A stretch of 64,000 nucleotides of DNA from the human T2T-CHM13v2.0 reference genome, Homo sapiens. Under the pieces are notes generated by a model. That model saw only the letters and a list, made by a program, of their open reading frames with translations, made no database searches and was not told the DNA's origin. Numbering within the stretch: the first letter of the stretch is position 1; every line of letters begins with the position of its first letter. Positions 14,707-33,314 of the stretch are shown here, piece after piece. The translations under genes were made by a program, and so were the position numbers. The stretch lies in the NCBI RefSeq assembly GCF_009914755.1, contig NC_060940.1, one strand, 5' to 3'.

Positions 14707-16539
14707 TAGGATGGTCTCAATCTCCTGACCTCTTGATCTGCCCGCCTTGCCCTCCGAAAGTGTTGGGATTACAGGCATGAGCCACCGTGCCCTGTCCCCC
14801 AACTTCCCTTTTTGATTAAAACAGATTGAGGTGACTTTTCTTCTCACTTGTAACCAAAAAAATTCCAAATCTTTTGGCACTCCATAAATAGCAGTCATGA
14901 TGGTGAAGCTGGTGGGGATGATAAGGAGGCAAGTTTGTTTTTTTTTAAGACAGTCGTGCTCTGTCACCCAGACCATGGCTCTCTGCAGCCTTGACCTCCT
15001 GGGCTCAAGTGATCTCCTACCTCAGCCTCTTGAGTAGCTGGGTCTACAGGCATGGGTCACCATACCCAGCTAATTTTTTTTTTACAGGCAAAGTCTCACT
15101 ATGTTGCCCAGGCTGATCTTGAACTCCTGGACTCAAACAATTCTTCCGCCTCAGCCTCCCAAAGTGCTGGGATTACAGGCATGAGCTACTGCTCCCAGCC
15201 CAGGAATTGGAATTTTTTAGAGCATCTGGAGAGGTGAAAAAGGGGGCCAACAGGCTGGATGCTGCAGGAAGGAAGGGGAAAGGAAGAAGGGTTGGTTTTT
15301 CTGGATTCAAAGTGTCTCATCTTAACTCCAACCCTGGACTTTAAAAATAATGTTATGCAGTGGAACCTTTTTCCTGTTGATTCCATAAACATTCAGCAAA
15401 GAATATAAGATGATTAAGTGCTGGTTGTAAATGACCTCCAGCAACGGGGCTGGGTTTTGCATCCAGGTCACTGCAGGGCTGAACTAGAAAAGGTTGTGTT
15501 GGGTAACCCAGCCCAAGATTCAATCTTAATCGGTCTAAGCCAGTGGTGGCATTCCTAGCCTCCCTCCCACTGATTGGCCGGGAAGGGCATATGACCTAGT
15601 GCTGACCCATGAGAGGTAAGGAGAGTTGCCGGAAGCCTTCTTGGATGACCTGTGGCCACAGGAACCTCTCTTTTCTGTAAGTTGCAATATCCCTTAGGGT
15701 AGTCACTGAAAATCTTCATGTTTGACCATCCTCTGCCTTTCCCAAGTTGAATTTTGCTCAGTTTCATCCAAACAACGACTATAACTCAGGGTTGCATTCA
15801 ACATATTTAACAACCGAGATAACATGGACCCTGACTAACTAATAGCCACTGGCCACAGACTGCAGGCCATATGGTAATTACCAGCTGGATGTCAACCCCA
15901 AGTCTGCTCCCTATTATGGGCTGCATGTAGTTGGCTCCTGGGGATACAGAGATAAATTATGTGCATTTACTGTTCTCAAGGTGGGCAGTCTGGTAGCTTC
16001 TGTAAGAAAAAGTAGGTTAGGTCTAGAATGCCAATGTTTCGCATTTTCCCTGTAAATCTCAGGTTCTGACCTTGGCTGACATTAGGGTCAGGGGGGAGCT
16101 TGGCCCAGGCTGATTCAGCAGATCTGGAGGGGCATGGGCATGTATGTTTAAACAAAGTCCCAGTTGGGAACCTCTGCTTTCAGCTATCCATTCAGAGGCC
16201 GAGTTCAGCGGCCAGACGTTATTCCTGAGCCTCCTGGCTGTCATACAGCGAACGACCTGACTCTCTGTAGGGGCGAGACTAGCCCATTCAGAGGTGCGTC
16301 CTTCCTTTTTCTTTAGAAGGGAGCAAGTGTGTAAAGGAGGAAGAACAAGGGTGCACTTCTGGGGACAACATAATGTCACAGAACCAGGGAAGGAATTTCA
16401 TGGCCCCTAGAAAACTCAATAGGCAAGAGGATGCCATAGTCGAATGGAACCTCTATTAACCCCAAAGTCAGACAGGACCAGCCCATGGGTGCTCAGGGCA
16501 CTGTGGCACAAACAAGGCCGGCCTGCTGGATAAAGGGAG

Positions 16540-16880
16540 GTAGAAACGCTTTCAGCCCTCCCCGGTGCTTCCCGGTTTATAACTTCATCTACTCGTGACA
16601 CGTGGGGGTCCGCCGCCGCCACTGGCAGGGTGCCTTGAGTGCTTGAGTTTTCGCCCCCAGCACAGGTGGAGAACCCAACTCCCAGAAAACATCTGGGGCG
16701 GAAACGGAAGCATGGCCGCAGCGGTGAACGCACTGCATTCTGGGAAATGTAGTCGAAACGGCCGCTGGGGCAGAGTGAGCACCCACAGTGGTGCCTTCTG
16801 GGGAGGGTCGTTTTCACGTAGTCCAAGAGCCAGGGGTGGGAACCGCGGGGCTCTCACCCCAGCGCCGGGAGGGGATGAAC
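16540..16880. promoter_or_regulatory. Orphan promoter-like CpG-rich element (ZNF143/THAP11 SBS, tandem ETS, GC box, YY1-like, E-box)
   Basis: TGCATTCTGGGAAATGTAGT at 16734-16753 is ACTACATTTCCCAGAATGCA on the - strand. GGGGCGGAAACGGAAGCATGGCCGC lies at 16695-16719 and CACGTG near 16599. Local CpG enrichment stands out from CpG-poor flanks. Confidence 0.65.
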
Positions 16881-17583
16881 AACTTTTGGATTTTGAATTT
16901 AAGTGTAGGATTTCGTTTTGTCAATCTCCAACCCTAACACCCAAGGAGGCAGAGAATAAGAGCAATATACACTTCTGTGATGCCATTCATGTCTGCATTG
17001 ATTATTTCTCCGTCGAACTTGAGTAAACAGGCAGTTTAACCTCCCAAGCATCTGTAAAGTGGGCATATTAATAATTCCCACTTCTCAGGCTTGATAACGT
17101 CAATCAGGTAACTGGTACAGTGCCTGACACACCTTCATTGCCCTCTTCTCTTGGAACCAGTGGAGCCTACAAAGCAAACAGATGTGCTTTGTAACCAGGA
17201 GTATGAATTCTGCTCCAGGAGAGCACGGGGGACTTTGTCATATTTTGGGAGTTGTAATTTCATTAAATTCCAGCCAAAATTCATAGGCAAAAACGTAAGG
17301 AAATCTTGTCACATAAAGGGATTCAGCAAAGGTACACCAACCACCTTGCTAGCCAGGACACAGTGAGATGAAAGTTAAAAGCATATGACAAGCTTCTGGG
17401 TCAAGCATTCTCAAACAGTACTAGCGATAGTATTAATGGGTTTATCCTCTATAAAGAGTAATTTGGCAATAGCTTTCAAAATTACAAAGGCATATATGTG
17501 CAGCTTCAGTGATTCCCCCTCTAGGAATTTCTCCTGCAGACATACTCCAAGATTTTCAAAATGACAAAAGTTTAAGAATATTA

Positions 17584-17883
<300 letters not shown>

Positions 17884-18213
17884 TTATTAATGGTAGTATT
17901 GTTTTTTAAATAAATGATTGGAAGTCATCTACACATCTGTGGATAGAGGATGAGTTACATCAATTGTGATGTATCCATATACTGGAATACCATGCAGCCA
18001 TTTAAAATAATAAGGTGCAACATCATCTATATAATATTCTTGCAAAAAAATGTTTAACCTAAATCTATTATGAGGAAAGAAACAGAAATTCAAGTTAAGA
18101 GAGATTTGCAAAATGCCTGGACACTCAAAAATGTCAGTGTCATAAAAGACAATATGGACTGGCGGACTGTTTTAGATTACAGTAGACTAGAGACATGACT
18201 GTTAAATGAATGA

Positions 18214-18750
<537 letters not shown>

Positions 18751-19672
18751 ATGAAAAAAGAAAGGTGCAGAGCAGAGTATGCAGAATGCTGCATTTTTGT
18801 GGAAATGCTCAAAGACTGAGTCTGAAAGGAGACACAAGAAAGAGGTGACTAAGGATGTCTCGGAGAGGAGAACTGGTTTGGGGGAGGGGACATTAGGGGT
18901 AAACAGGGGACTTCTTGCACTTACCCCTTGAGACCTTTTGAATGGCATGCCATGTGCCTGTATAAACTATTCAAATTGCAAAAAAATAACTTCAAAGAAG
19001 ACTGTTTCTGGGAAAGCACTTGTGGTCAGAAAACCCCAGACTCGGATCTCCTATTCCCCATTTGTAGACTTGATGGTAAACCCAAACAGAAGGAAGGAAA
19101 GCCAGTGACTTTCATATCTGTTTCCACATCTTATCCTCATTACAACCCTGTGAACCAGTTAGGTTTTATCGGGCACATTTGACAGATTAGGAAAATTGAG
19201 GCTCAGAGAGGCTCGGTGAGATGCTGGCAGAGCTGGGATTGAAACAGTCTTGACTATGACTGTACCTGGCTCCTTCCCTCCTGCAGGGGACCTCTCCAGG
19301 CACTGAGGCCTGTGGCGGGGGGTGGCAGGAGAGAGCTCAGGGTGGAAGATGTGGGTGAGGTTTACTTCCAGGCTGTGGTGCTCACTAAAGCTCCTTTCCA
19401 CTGCGACTTTCACAAGGGGGCCCCTCAGTCAGGAAACAGCAGTCTAGGATGCCGGGCAGCCAAACCAGGGTTTGATTTACATGTTCTCACACTACTGGTT
19501 GGGTGGTTTATTTGGGAAGGTAGGAGCTAACTCAGCCAAAGATCCTGTTCTCTGAACCCATCTGGGTTGCTTTTTAACATCTCTATAATCCCTGAAGATG
19601 TAGATTTTAAAAAATCACTTGATTGATTTTTGTCAAATTATATGCCTTAAACAAACTAAACTTTTTCATTAA

Positions 19673-19867
<195 letters not shown>

Positions 19868-20779
19868 TAGTAGAGACGAGGTTTTACCATGTTGGCCAGG
19901 CTTGTCTCAAACTCCTGACCTCAAGTGATCCATCCGCCTTGGCCTCCCAAACTGCTGGAATGACAGGCGTGAGCCACTGTGCCTGGCCTTCATTAAATAA
20001 ATTTAAAGAAATAGATGAGTGTTACCAATTCAAGCAATGAAGTATTTGGAGGGCAATTTGGTGTTTCTGTCAAAATTGTTTTGGTATGTGTCCAGCATTT
20101 ACACAGCAAATGATTTATCTTTCCCTGTGGATATACTCACCCCACTGTTCAAGGATACATGTCCAAAGATGCATTGCTTATGAAGCAAAGACACAAACCT
20201 AGAAAGAGCTGAGATGTCCCTCAATGGACAGCTGCTTCACTTAAGTGTAATCCATCTACGCGGCGGAATGCAAGGTACCATGGTTGAGAAAAAGAAAGCT
20301 GGCTGGATTTGCTGACCTAGAAAGAGATCTGCAATATACCGTTAAGTAAAAACAACAGTAGAATAATATGATCCCATTGTGAAAAAAAAAAAGTTAAAAA
20401 CACATAGAGGTATCTATGTTTTAGCAAACATAGAAAACAATGTATAAGATCCAGCAATTTGGCTGGGCGTGGTGGCTCATGCCTGTAATCCCAGCACTTT
20501 GGGAGAACAAGGCGGACAGATCACCTCAGGCCAGGAGTTCAAGACCAGCTTGGCCAACGTGGTGAAATTCCATCTCTGCTAAAAATACAACAACAACAAC
20601 AAAAATTAGCTGGACATGGTGGCGGGCTTCCGTAATCCTAGCTACTCAGGAGGTTGAGACAGAAGAATCCCTTGAACCTGGGAGGGGAAGATTGCAGTGA
20701 GCTGAGATCTCACCACTGCACTCCAGCCTGGGTGGTGATAGAGTGAGACTCTGTCTCAAAAAAAAAAAAAAAAAAAAAT

Positions 20780-22359
<1,580 letters not shown>

Positions 22360-22770
22360 CTATCTCAAAAAATAAATATAAAAAAAATATAATATATGTA
22401 TATAATATATATAAAAGAGCTAGGATTTGAACCTGCAACTCTTCACTGTGATGTAGGCCCCGTCTATCACGTATGAACTATGAGCCTGCTGAGTGCTGGG
22501 TGCTGAGCTGGGAGCTCCCACTGTTCCCCAACACTGCGTCTCAGAGTTCCCTGATGCTGGAAGCCTGGAGGCCCTCACAATTCTAGGGTGTTTTTAGAAT
22601 ATCATTGTGGGGTGAAAGCAGGTTCCAGCTTCCCCAGGTGGAAGGTTCCAAGAAGCACCCGGCCAGCTCTGAGAAGTACCCGGCCAGCTCCTCCACTCTG
22701 CCTGACAGGGAGGGGACTGTGAGGGTTGGGACACGTCCTCTTTTAAGGCTCTCTCTTGCTGGCTTCTGAC

Positions 22771-22784
22771 CACTTCCTCTTTTT
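22771..22784 (-). promoter_or_regulatory. PU.1/SPI1 consensus site AAAAAGAGGAAGTG in a GC-rich unique block
   Basis: CACTTCCTCTTTTT on the + strand matches the extended PU.1 consensus. Confidence 0.5.
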
Positions 22785-24569
22785 CCTGGGGTGGAGGCGG
22801 CTGGCCGTGGCAGCACTAATAGCAGCTGGGGGCGGAGCAGGCCTCCAAAAACCCTCCCGGAGTGGCTCAGCCCCTCGGCTGAGGGCAGGAGAGCAAGAGT
22901 CCACTTCAGCTTCCATCTGAGGTCTCTGTGAGCCCCCAAAGGAGGGGCTGGGAGAGGTGGTCCCCTTAGCTCCCCCTCCCCAGCCAGAACAGAATCACTG
23001 ACCCTGAGGCTTGGCTTGGGCTGCATCTGCTTCCAGCAACTTCCATGAAGGACGTGACTGTAGACGAGGCCCACTCCTTGCACGGCCAGGGCCCTCAGGG
23101 TGCCCAGGGAAGTGAGGGCCAGTGCTGGAAGCTCCAGCCTAGCACTGGGCACCTCCCCGGTGAGTGGCTGTTGGGGGCAGAGCTGCCAGCAGGGAGAGGA
23201 CAGCTATGAAAGACGTGGCTCCAGGCCTTGCACTGCCACCTGTCAACTCGGGGCTTTGGGCAGGCTGCTTTTCTCCTTTGGGCCTCAGTTTCCTCATCTG
23301 TGTAGTGGAGACCAACCACGGTACTTCGAAGGTCTGTAGAAATTCCTGGTACACAGCAAGTGCTTAATAATGGTATGAGCTACTATTAGCTAGTGCCTGT
23401 GGCTCAGTCTGAGCTGTCCAGGGTGCCCCACCAGCTTCTGCTGAGGATGGCCAGTGGCAGCTCAGCTCTGCTCCCGGCCTCGCACTCGGCCCTGCCTCTC
23501 CCCGCCACCTCAGCCTGGCTTCCCACCTGTGGCAGGTGCAACCAAGCTCAGGTCCACACAGCACGAGCTTTAGTTTTCCCACTCACAGCCCCATTGAGCC
23601 AATTTGGTAAAACATCCACATTGGTCATTGGTGGGTTATGCCAAGTTCAGCATTGTGTTAAAGTCCTGGCAGGTTTTTTTTTTTTTTTTTTTTTTTGTAT
23701 TCTGGTTAAATATGTATAATATAAAATTTACCATTTTGACCATTTAATTTAATTTTTTTTTTTTTTGAGATGGAGTCTCACTCTGTTGCCCAAGCTGGAG
23801 TGCAGTAGTTGTATCTTGGCTCACTGATGCCTCCACCTCCCAGGTTCAAGCGATTCTCCTGTATCAGCCTCATTAGTAGCTGGGATTATAGGCGCACATT
23901 ACCACGCCCAGCTAATTTTTGTATTTTCAGTAGAGAAGGGTTTCACCATGTTGGCCAGGCTGACCTGGCCTCAAGTGATCTCCCTGCCTTGGCCTCCCAA
24001 AGTACTGGGATTACAGGCATGAGCCACTGCACCCAGCAGTGCTGACTTTTGGGAGGGGATGAGGGAACCAGGAGGTGACAGATGCCACAGCCACTAATGC
24101 AGATGCCACAGCCATGACTGTAGGATGGGGAAAATATGAAGGGAGCTCAGCCGTTTTATCTCCAGGAGAAGCAGCTGGAGGGCTGGGAGAGGGCCTGGGG
24201 AGTGGGAAGTGGCTGCGGAGGTGAGACTCCCCCATCCCTGGGCCAACAGCCAGGGCTCCATGGTTGGGCTAGATGGTCCCACCTTGGGTGGAGGCTGAGC
24301 CTGTGTGAGGCGCTGCCCTGTGTCTTCTCTTGCCTGGCCTGGCCGCCATCACAGGCCCACCCCCGGGGAGAAGATTCTAGGAGGAAAGTCCAGGCCAGGC
24401 CTGAAAGGACTTCGCTCCTTGGTAACTATCCCTCAGGGTTGACCCAGTGACACAGGTTCTAGGGACCCACTTCTAGGTTTGCCGCCTCCATCTCCATCTC
24501 CGTCTCCACCTCCACCTGAGTTGAGAGGGGATGGAGAAGCTTCCTGGGGAAACTCTGCCCTTCTCCACC

Positions 24570-25180
24570 CATCCCCACCTCCTTCCCTTCCCTCCCCATC
24601 TCATTCCCTCCCCTCCCCACCTCCTTCCCTCGCCTCCCCCACCTCCTTCCCCTGTCACCTCCTTCCCGCCCATCCCCACCTCCTCCCCTCCCCTCCCCAC
24701 CTCCTCCCCACCCCTCCCCACCTCCTCCCCTCCCCTCCCCACCTCCTCCCCACCCCTCCCCACCTCCTCCCCACCCCTCCCCACCTCCTCCCCTCCCCTC
24801 CCCACCTCCTCCCCACCCCTCCCCACCTCCTCCCCACCCCTCCCCACCTCCTCCCCTCCCCTCCCCACCTCCTCCCCACCCCTCCCCACCTCCTCCCCTC
24901 CCCTCCCCACCTCCTCCCCTCCCCTCCCCACCTCCTCCCCTGCCCTCCCCACCTCCTCCCCACCCCTCCCCACCTCCTCCCCACCCCTCCCCACCTCCTC
25001 CCCTCCCCTCCCCACCTCCTCCCCACCCCTCCCCACCTCCTCCCCTCCCCTCCCCACCTCCTCCCCTGCCCTCCCCACCTCCTCCCCTGCCCTCCCCACC
25101 TCCTCCCCTGCCCTCCCCACCTCATTCCCTCCCCTCCCCACCTCATTTCCACCCCTCCTCACCTCATTCCCCTCCTTTCC
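24570..25180 (+). repeat. 21-bp C-rich minisatellite (CCCTCCCCACCTCCTCCCC + TC/AC/TG); 21 regular units plus degenerate flanking units
   Basis: Period 21 is visible directly and as 7-aa repeats (TSSPPLP, PHLLPxP, GGEEVGR) in several frames. Confidence 0.97.
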
Positions 25181-25866
25181 CATCTCCTTTCCATTTCCTT
25201 TTGCCTATACCTTGTACCAAGCTGGGTGGTGATCCACTTGGAAATTCACAAAGCAGTGCACAGCACTTCACAGTTTGTCAAGGACCTGGTAAGTTGTAGG
25301 TGCTCAATACTTGCTTTAGTGAATGAATGACTGTGGGGCCCCATGGCAGAGCTCACTAGTGGGAACCTCACGTGTCTCCCTAGCAATGTCAAAGGCCTGT
25401 CTGAAGTATGTGTGGGAGGGATCCCCAAAAGGGACACCAATAACTGCTCTGGGATATTTAATAAAATATGCTATGAAGATTAAATGGAATAATGTGTAGG
25501 AAATGCCTGCTACATTGTAGGTATTCAAACTTTAGTTATCATTATTATCTTTTATTTTAAAGAATAATCTGATTCTGGATCAGAAGCAGTGACTCCCACA
25601 AAGGTCATCAAAAAGGGAATGGTGCAAAGTGAGAGAACATTGGCAGAGGAAGAACCAGCTGTGTGTCCTTAGGCAAATTGCTTACCCTCTCTGAGCCCCC
25701 ATTGCCTGATCTGTCAAATGGGTCTGGAAATCCTCACTTCCTCTGCTATTGTGGTAGGCATCAGATGAGATAAAAGATGAGTTCAGTCTTAGCAAGCAGG
25801 GAAGAGAAGCCCAGCTGAGCTGAGAGGTGGCTGACAATGGGAAACCACCCCAAGCCTGTTCCTTTA

Positions 25867-26651
<785 letters not shown>

Positions 26652-28329
26652 TAAGCACATGGCCTCCAATCTGTCCTCGACCAAACCCTGACTCCAGGCC
26701 AGTCAGCAGCACCGAGCCTGGCCTGTTTCCATGGAGAACAGGAAAGGCACCAGCGTGTCTGGGAGGAAAGACGGCTTCCTGTTCAAAGCCACAGATAGGA
26801 TGGCCATAAAGCAGGGTAGTAGAATTGTCATTATTCCGCAAGATCAAATAGGGCTGCTAAGCCCAGGAACCGTCGGGGAGGCCCAATGGATGGGCCACAT
26901 TTCCCCTGCAAGGCCAACTGGCAAGTGGCCACTGCCCCCTACCGCCTTTCAGATAGGGCTTCCTGTAGGAGTATGCTGCTATGCCGGGCTATTATTGTCA
27001 GTATTCACTGAGTGCATAGTATATGCCAGTCACTGACCTCAGCGATCTGTAAGATTTATCTCCTTTAATCCTCAGAACAAACTGCTATCTTATACGGCAG
27101 CTATTATTATTAACCCCATTTTACAGATGAGGGAACGGAGGCAGAGAGAGGTTAAGTATGTTGCCCAAGGTCACACAGTGGAGGAGCCAAGCCTGTACTC
27201 AATCCAGGTCATCTGAAACCAGAGCTTATGAAGGTGACCACACCATACAGTGTCTCAGGACAGGGGAGGCCAGGCACAGAGGTGGTGGGGGAAAGAAGGA
27301 AGCTAAGTGAGAGGTACCAGGTCCCAAGTGAACCCCTCATTAATACTGGTGTTGAAGAGGCGTGGACTTCGTGAGGCGGGTGTTATTGGCACTGTTTTAC
27401 AGATAAGGAGCTGAGAGTCCAGAGAGACAGTGAGTTGCCCAAACAACAAAGCTGCGTTTGAGCCTAGATGTGTCTACTGCACAGCCTGGCTCGTCAGTGA
27501 GCTTGCTGCCTTATCCTGCTTCTTCAGCAGTTTGTTCCGAGTCTGATCTGTCTTGAGAGCCCCACAGCCTGGGGCACAGGCCTGGAACACACACACCGCG
27601 CCTCTACGCCTGTTTTTAGAAATTGTGTATGGGATTCCAGTGGTTCCTACTTGCTGCTACTTTGGGCAAAGGAGAGGAAATGTGGTAGGAAGTGTAGTGA
27701 CTCTGTATCTTGGTGAGTGGTTGTTTGCCTGAGCTCAGATGCTGCTGGAATGAAGAGTTTTGAAAAGACAATCATTTTGGAATAGTTGCATCTCTTTTAC
27801 TTTTGGGTGAGTCAAAGGAAAAAGGGAGCTCTAGGAGGGACCACATTGGAAATTCCATCCACCCACTCATCCACCCATCTGATCATTCAATCATCTGTTT
27901 ATCCAATCATTCATCCATTCATCCATCCACCCACCCATTTTCTGGGCTCCAATTTTCTGCTAGGCCCTGGAAACAAAACACACAAAACCCCCAAACAAAC
28001 AAAAAAACAAAAGAGTAAAAGCCTCATAGAAAAAAAAGCTGTTTAGTGACCAGCCTGGCCAAGATGGTGAAACCCCGTCTCTACTAAAAATATAAACATT
28101 AGCCGGGCGCGGTGGCAGGTGGCTGTAATCCCAGCTACTTGGGAGGCTGAGGCAAGAGAATCGCTTGAATCCAGGAGACAGAGGTGCAGAAGAGCCGAGA
28201 AAGCGCCACTGTACTCCAGCCTGGGTGACAGAGTGAGACTCTGTCTCAAAAAAGAAAAAAGACAAGAAAAAAGAAAAAAAGCTGTTGTTTCACATTTTCC
28301 TCCAGCACTTCCTATTTTTTACATTTGGA

Positions 28330-29940
<1,611 letters not shown>

Positions 29941-30527
29941 CATTGTTTTGTTTTGTTTTTGGTTTTTAAAGCACACATCCTCATGCTAAGATATTTGAAA
30001 AAGCCAAAAATGTATAAAGAGATGGAAAAAGAACCTCCCACAGACCACTATGATTAATATTTAATCTTTTTTATTTCCCTTTTAAATATATTTACTTATG
30101 TTATTTATTCTTTGATAGGTAATATCTGCACTGCTGCAGAATTCTAAAGGTCTAAAATCACAGATTCAATGAGTCTCCCAAGCAGGAAAGCTGCATTTTC
30201 AACCTGAATAGATCTACTGCAAAGCCTGGCTCTTTCAGTGCCTCTGCCACCGTATCCTACTTCCTCCAAAGTTTCTTTCTAGTCTGATCTGTCTTGAGAC
30301 CCCCAGTGCCTGGAGCCCCTGTCATCCAAACTCCTCCTAGGGACCGCTACTGTTGCCGCTTTCTAGATGATCTTCCAAGGATAGCTTATAGCTTGTATAT
30401 ATGGACATATACTTGTCAAATTTCCCTTAAATTGTACGTTACCCATTGCACTGAGCACTTGTCCGTAGCTCCTTTCCAGTCTTGTAGCTCTGCTGAGTTT
30501 TCTTTCTATAGTTAAGAATACAATGTA

Positions 30528-30773
30528 GGCCGGGCGTGGTGGCTCACGCCTGTAATCCCAGCACTTTGGGAGGCCGAGGCGGGCAGATCACAAGGTCAGG
30601 AGATCGAGACCATCCTGGCTAACACGGTGAAACCCCGTCTCTACTAAAAATACGAAAAATTAGCCGGGAGTGGTGGCGGGCGCCTGTAGTCCCAGCTGCT
30701 GGGGAGGCTGAGGCAGGAGAATGGCGTGAACCTGGAAGGCGGAGCTTGCAGTGAGCCGAGATCGCGCCACTGC
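30528..30773 (+). mobile_element. AluY lacking its 3' end, poly(A) tail and right TSD
   Basis: AluY diagnostics (GAGATCGAGACCATCCTGGCTAACACGG, GAATGGCGTGAACC, GGAGCTTGCAG). The sequence breaks off after GCGCCACTGC. Confidence 0.88.
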
Positions 30774-31307
30774 TCATCTATCAGTTGTAGGAGGCACAGC
30801 AGGAATTCATTCTAGTGTTAGGAAGAATGAGGAATTTATTAAAGGACATTAGGTGGCTTGGAGAGTCTCCAGGAGGGCAGAGATCCAGGTCTGGAGTCTA
30901 CATAGCCAGAAACAAAGCACAACCACAGGTGGGATTGCTCGAGTAGAGCAGTGCCCACTGCCAGGACTGGGCACAGAGCATGGCTGGTTCTGCTGGGCTC
31001 AGGGTGCTGCACCCTCTGGTTCTCTCCCTCCAGATACCAGGTGTTTCTGCCACTACCTTTGCCAGATATGTACCCTCTGACACCTGCTTCTCTTGTTGGT
31101 GGCTTTTGGACACAAGCCTGATGCTGGTACGTCTGACTATGGGGCAGAGCTGAGCGTCCCTACCCAAGCTGCAAGGGAGTGTGGGAAAACAAGATCTGGC
31201 TTTTTCTTTGGCTAGGTGTGGCCTTATATGGGGAGGCAGTCAAACATAGGAGGTCAAATTTTGCTGGGCACCCAAAAAGAATGGCAGAGCCCACTACATA
31301 ATACTTA

Positions 31308-32055
<748 letters not shown>

Positions 32056-32489
32056 GTAATAATAATAGTAATGATAATACTTAAATGTAAGTGTATTGTA
32101 ATTATGAAAGTGTAATTCTTCTGATTATAACACGGTACATGGGTGAGAGGTGACGCGTTGTAATGGTTAAGCTTGGGCAGCAGCCTGGGAGCTGACTGCC
32201 TAGGTTAGAGTCATATCTCTTTCCCTCGGCTAGCCTTTCAAACTTGACCATGGCTCGAACTTCATTATGCCCCAGTTTCCTCCTTTGTAAAATGGGGATC
32301 AAAATAGAACACCCCTCATGGGTTGGGCTGAGGATGGGATGAGTTAACAGACATAAGGCTTAGAACCATATCTAGCTCATTGTATTTGCTATGTAGTTGT
32401 TTGCTCTTCTCATTTTTCCAATCTTTTATTATAAAAATTTTAAAACATACAGAAAAGTAAAAAGGGTTGTATAGCAAGCATCCATCTAG

Positions 32490-32729
<240 letters not shown>

Positions 32730-32939
32730 TAGGGTTGTCTGGAACTCCTGACCTCAGGTGACCTGTGTACCTCGTCCTCCCAAAGTGCTCAGATTACAGG
32801 CATGAGCCACCACGCATGGCCCCTGAACATTTACTCTGTTTGCTTTGTCACATCTGTCTATGCCTCTTTCCAATTATTAATGCATGTTAATTTTAATGCA
32901 TTTCAAAGTAATGGCAAATGCATACATATGTTGCTATTA

Positions 32940-33314
<375 letters not shown>

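Noticed and set aside
24473-25330. 165-283-aa Pro-rich or Gly/Arg-rich ORFs
   Set aside because: These are translations of the stop-free 21-bp minisatellite, open in several frames on both strands.
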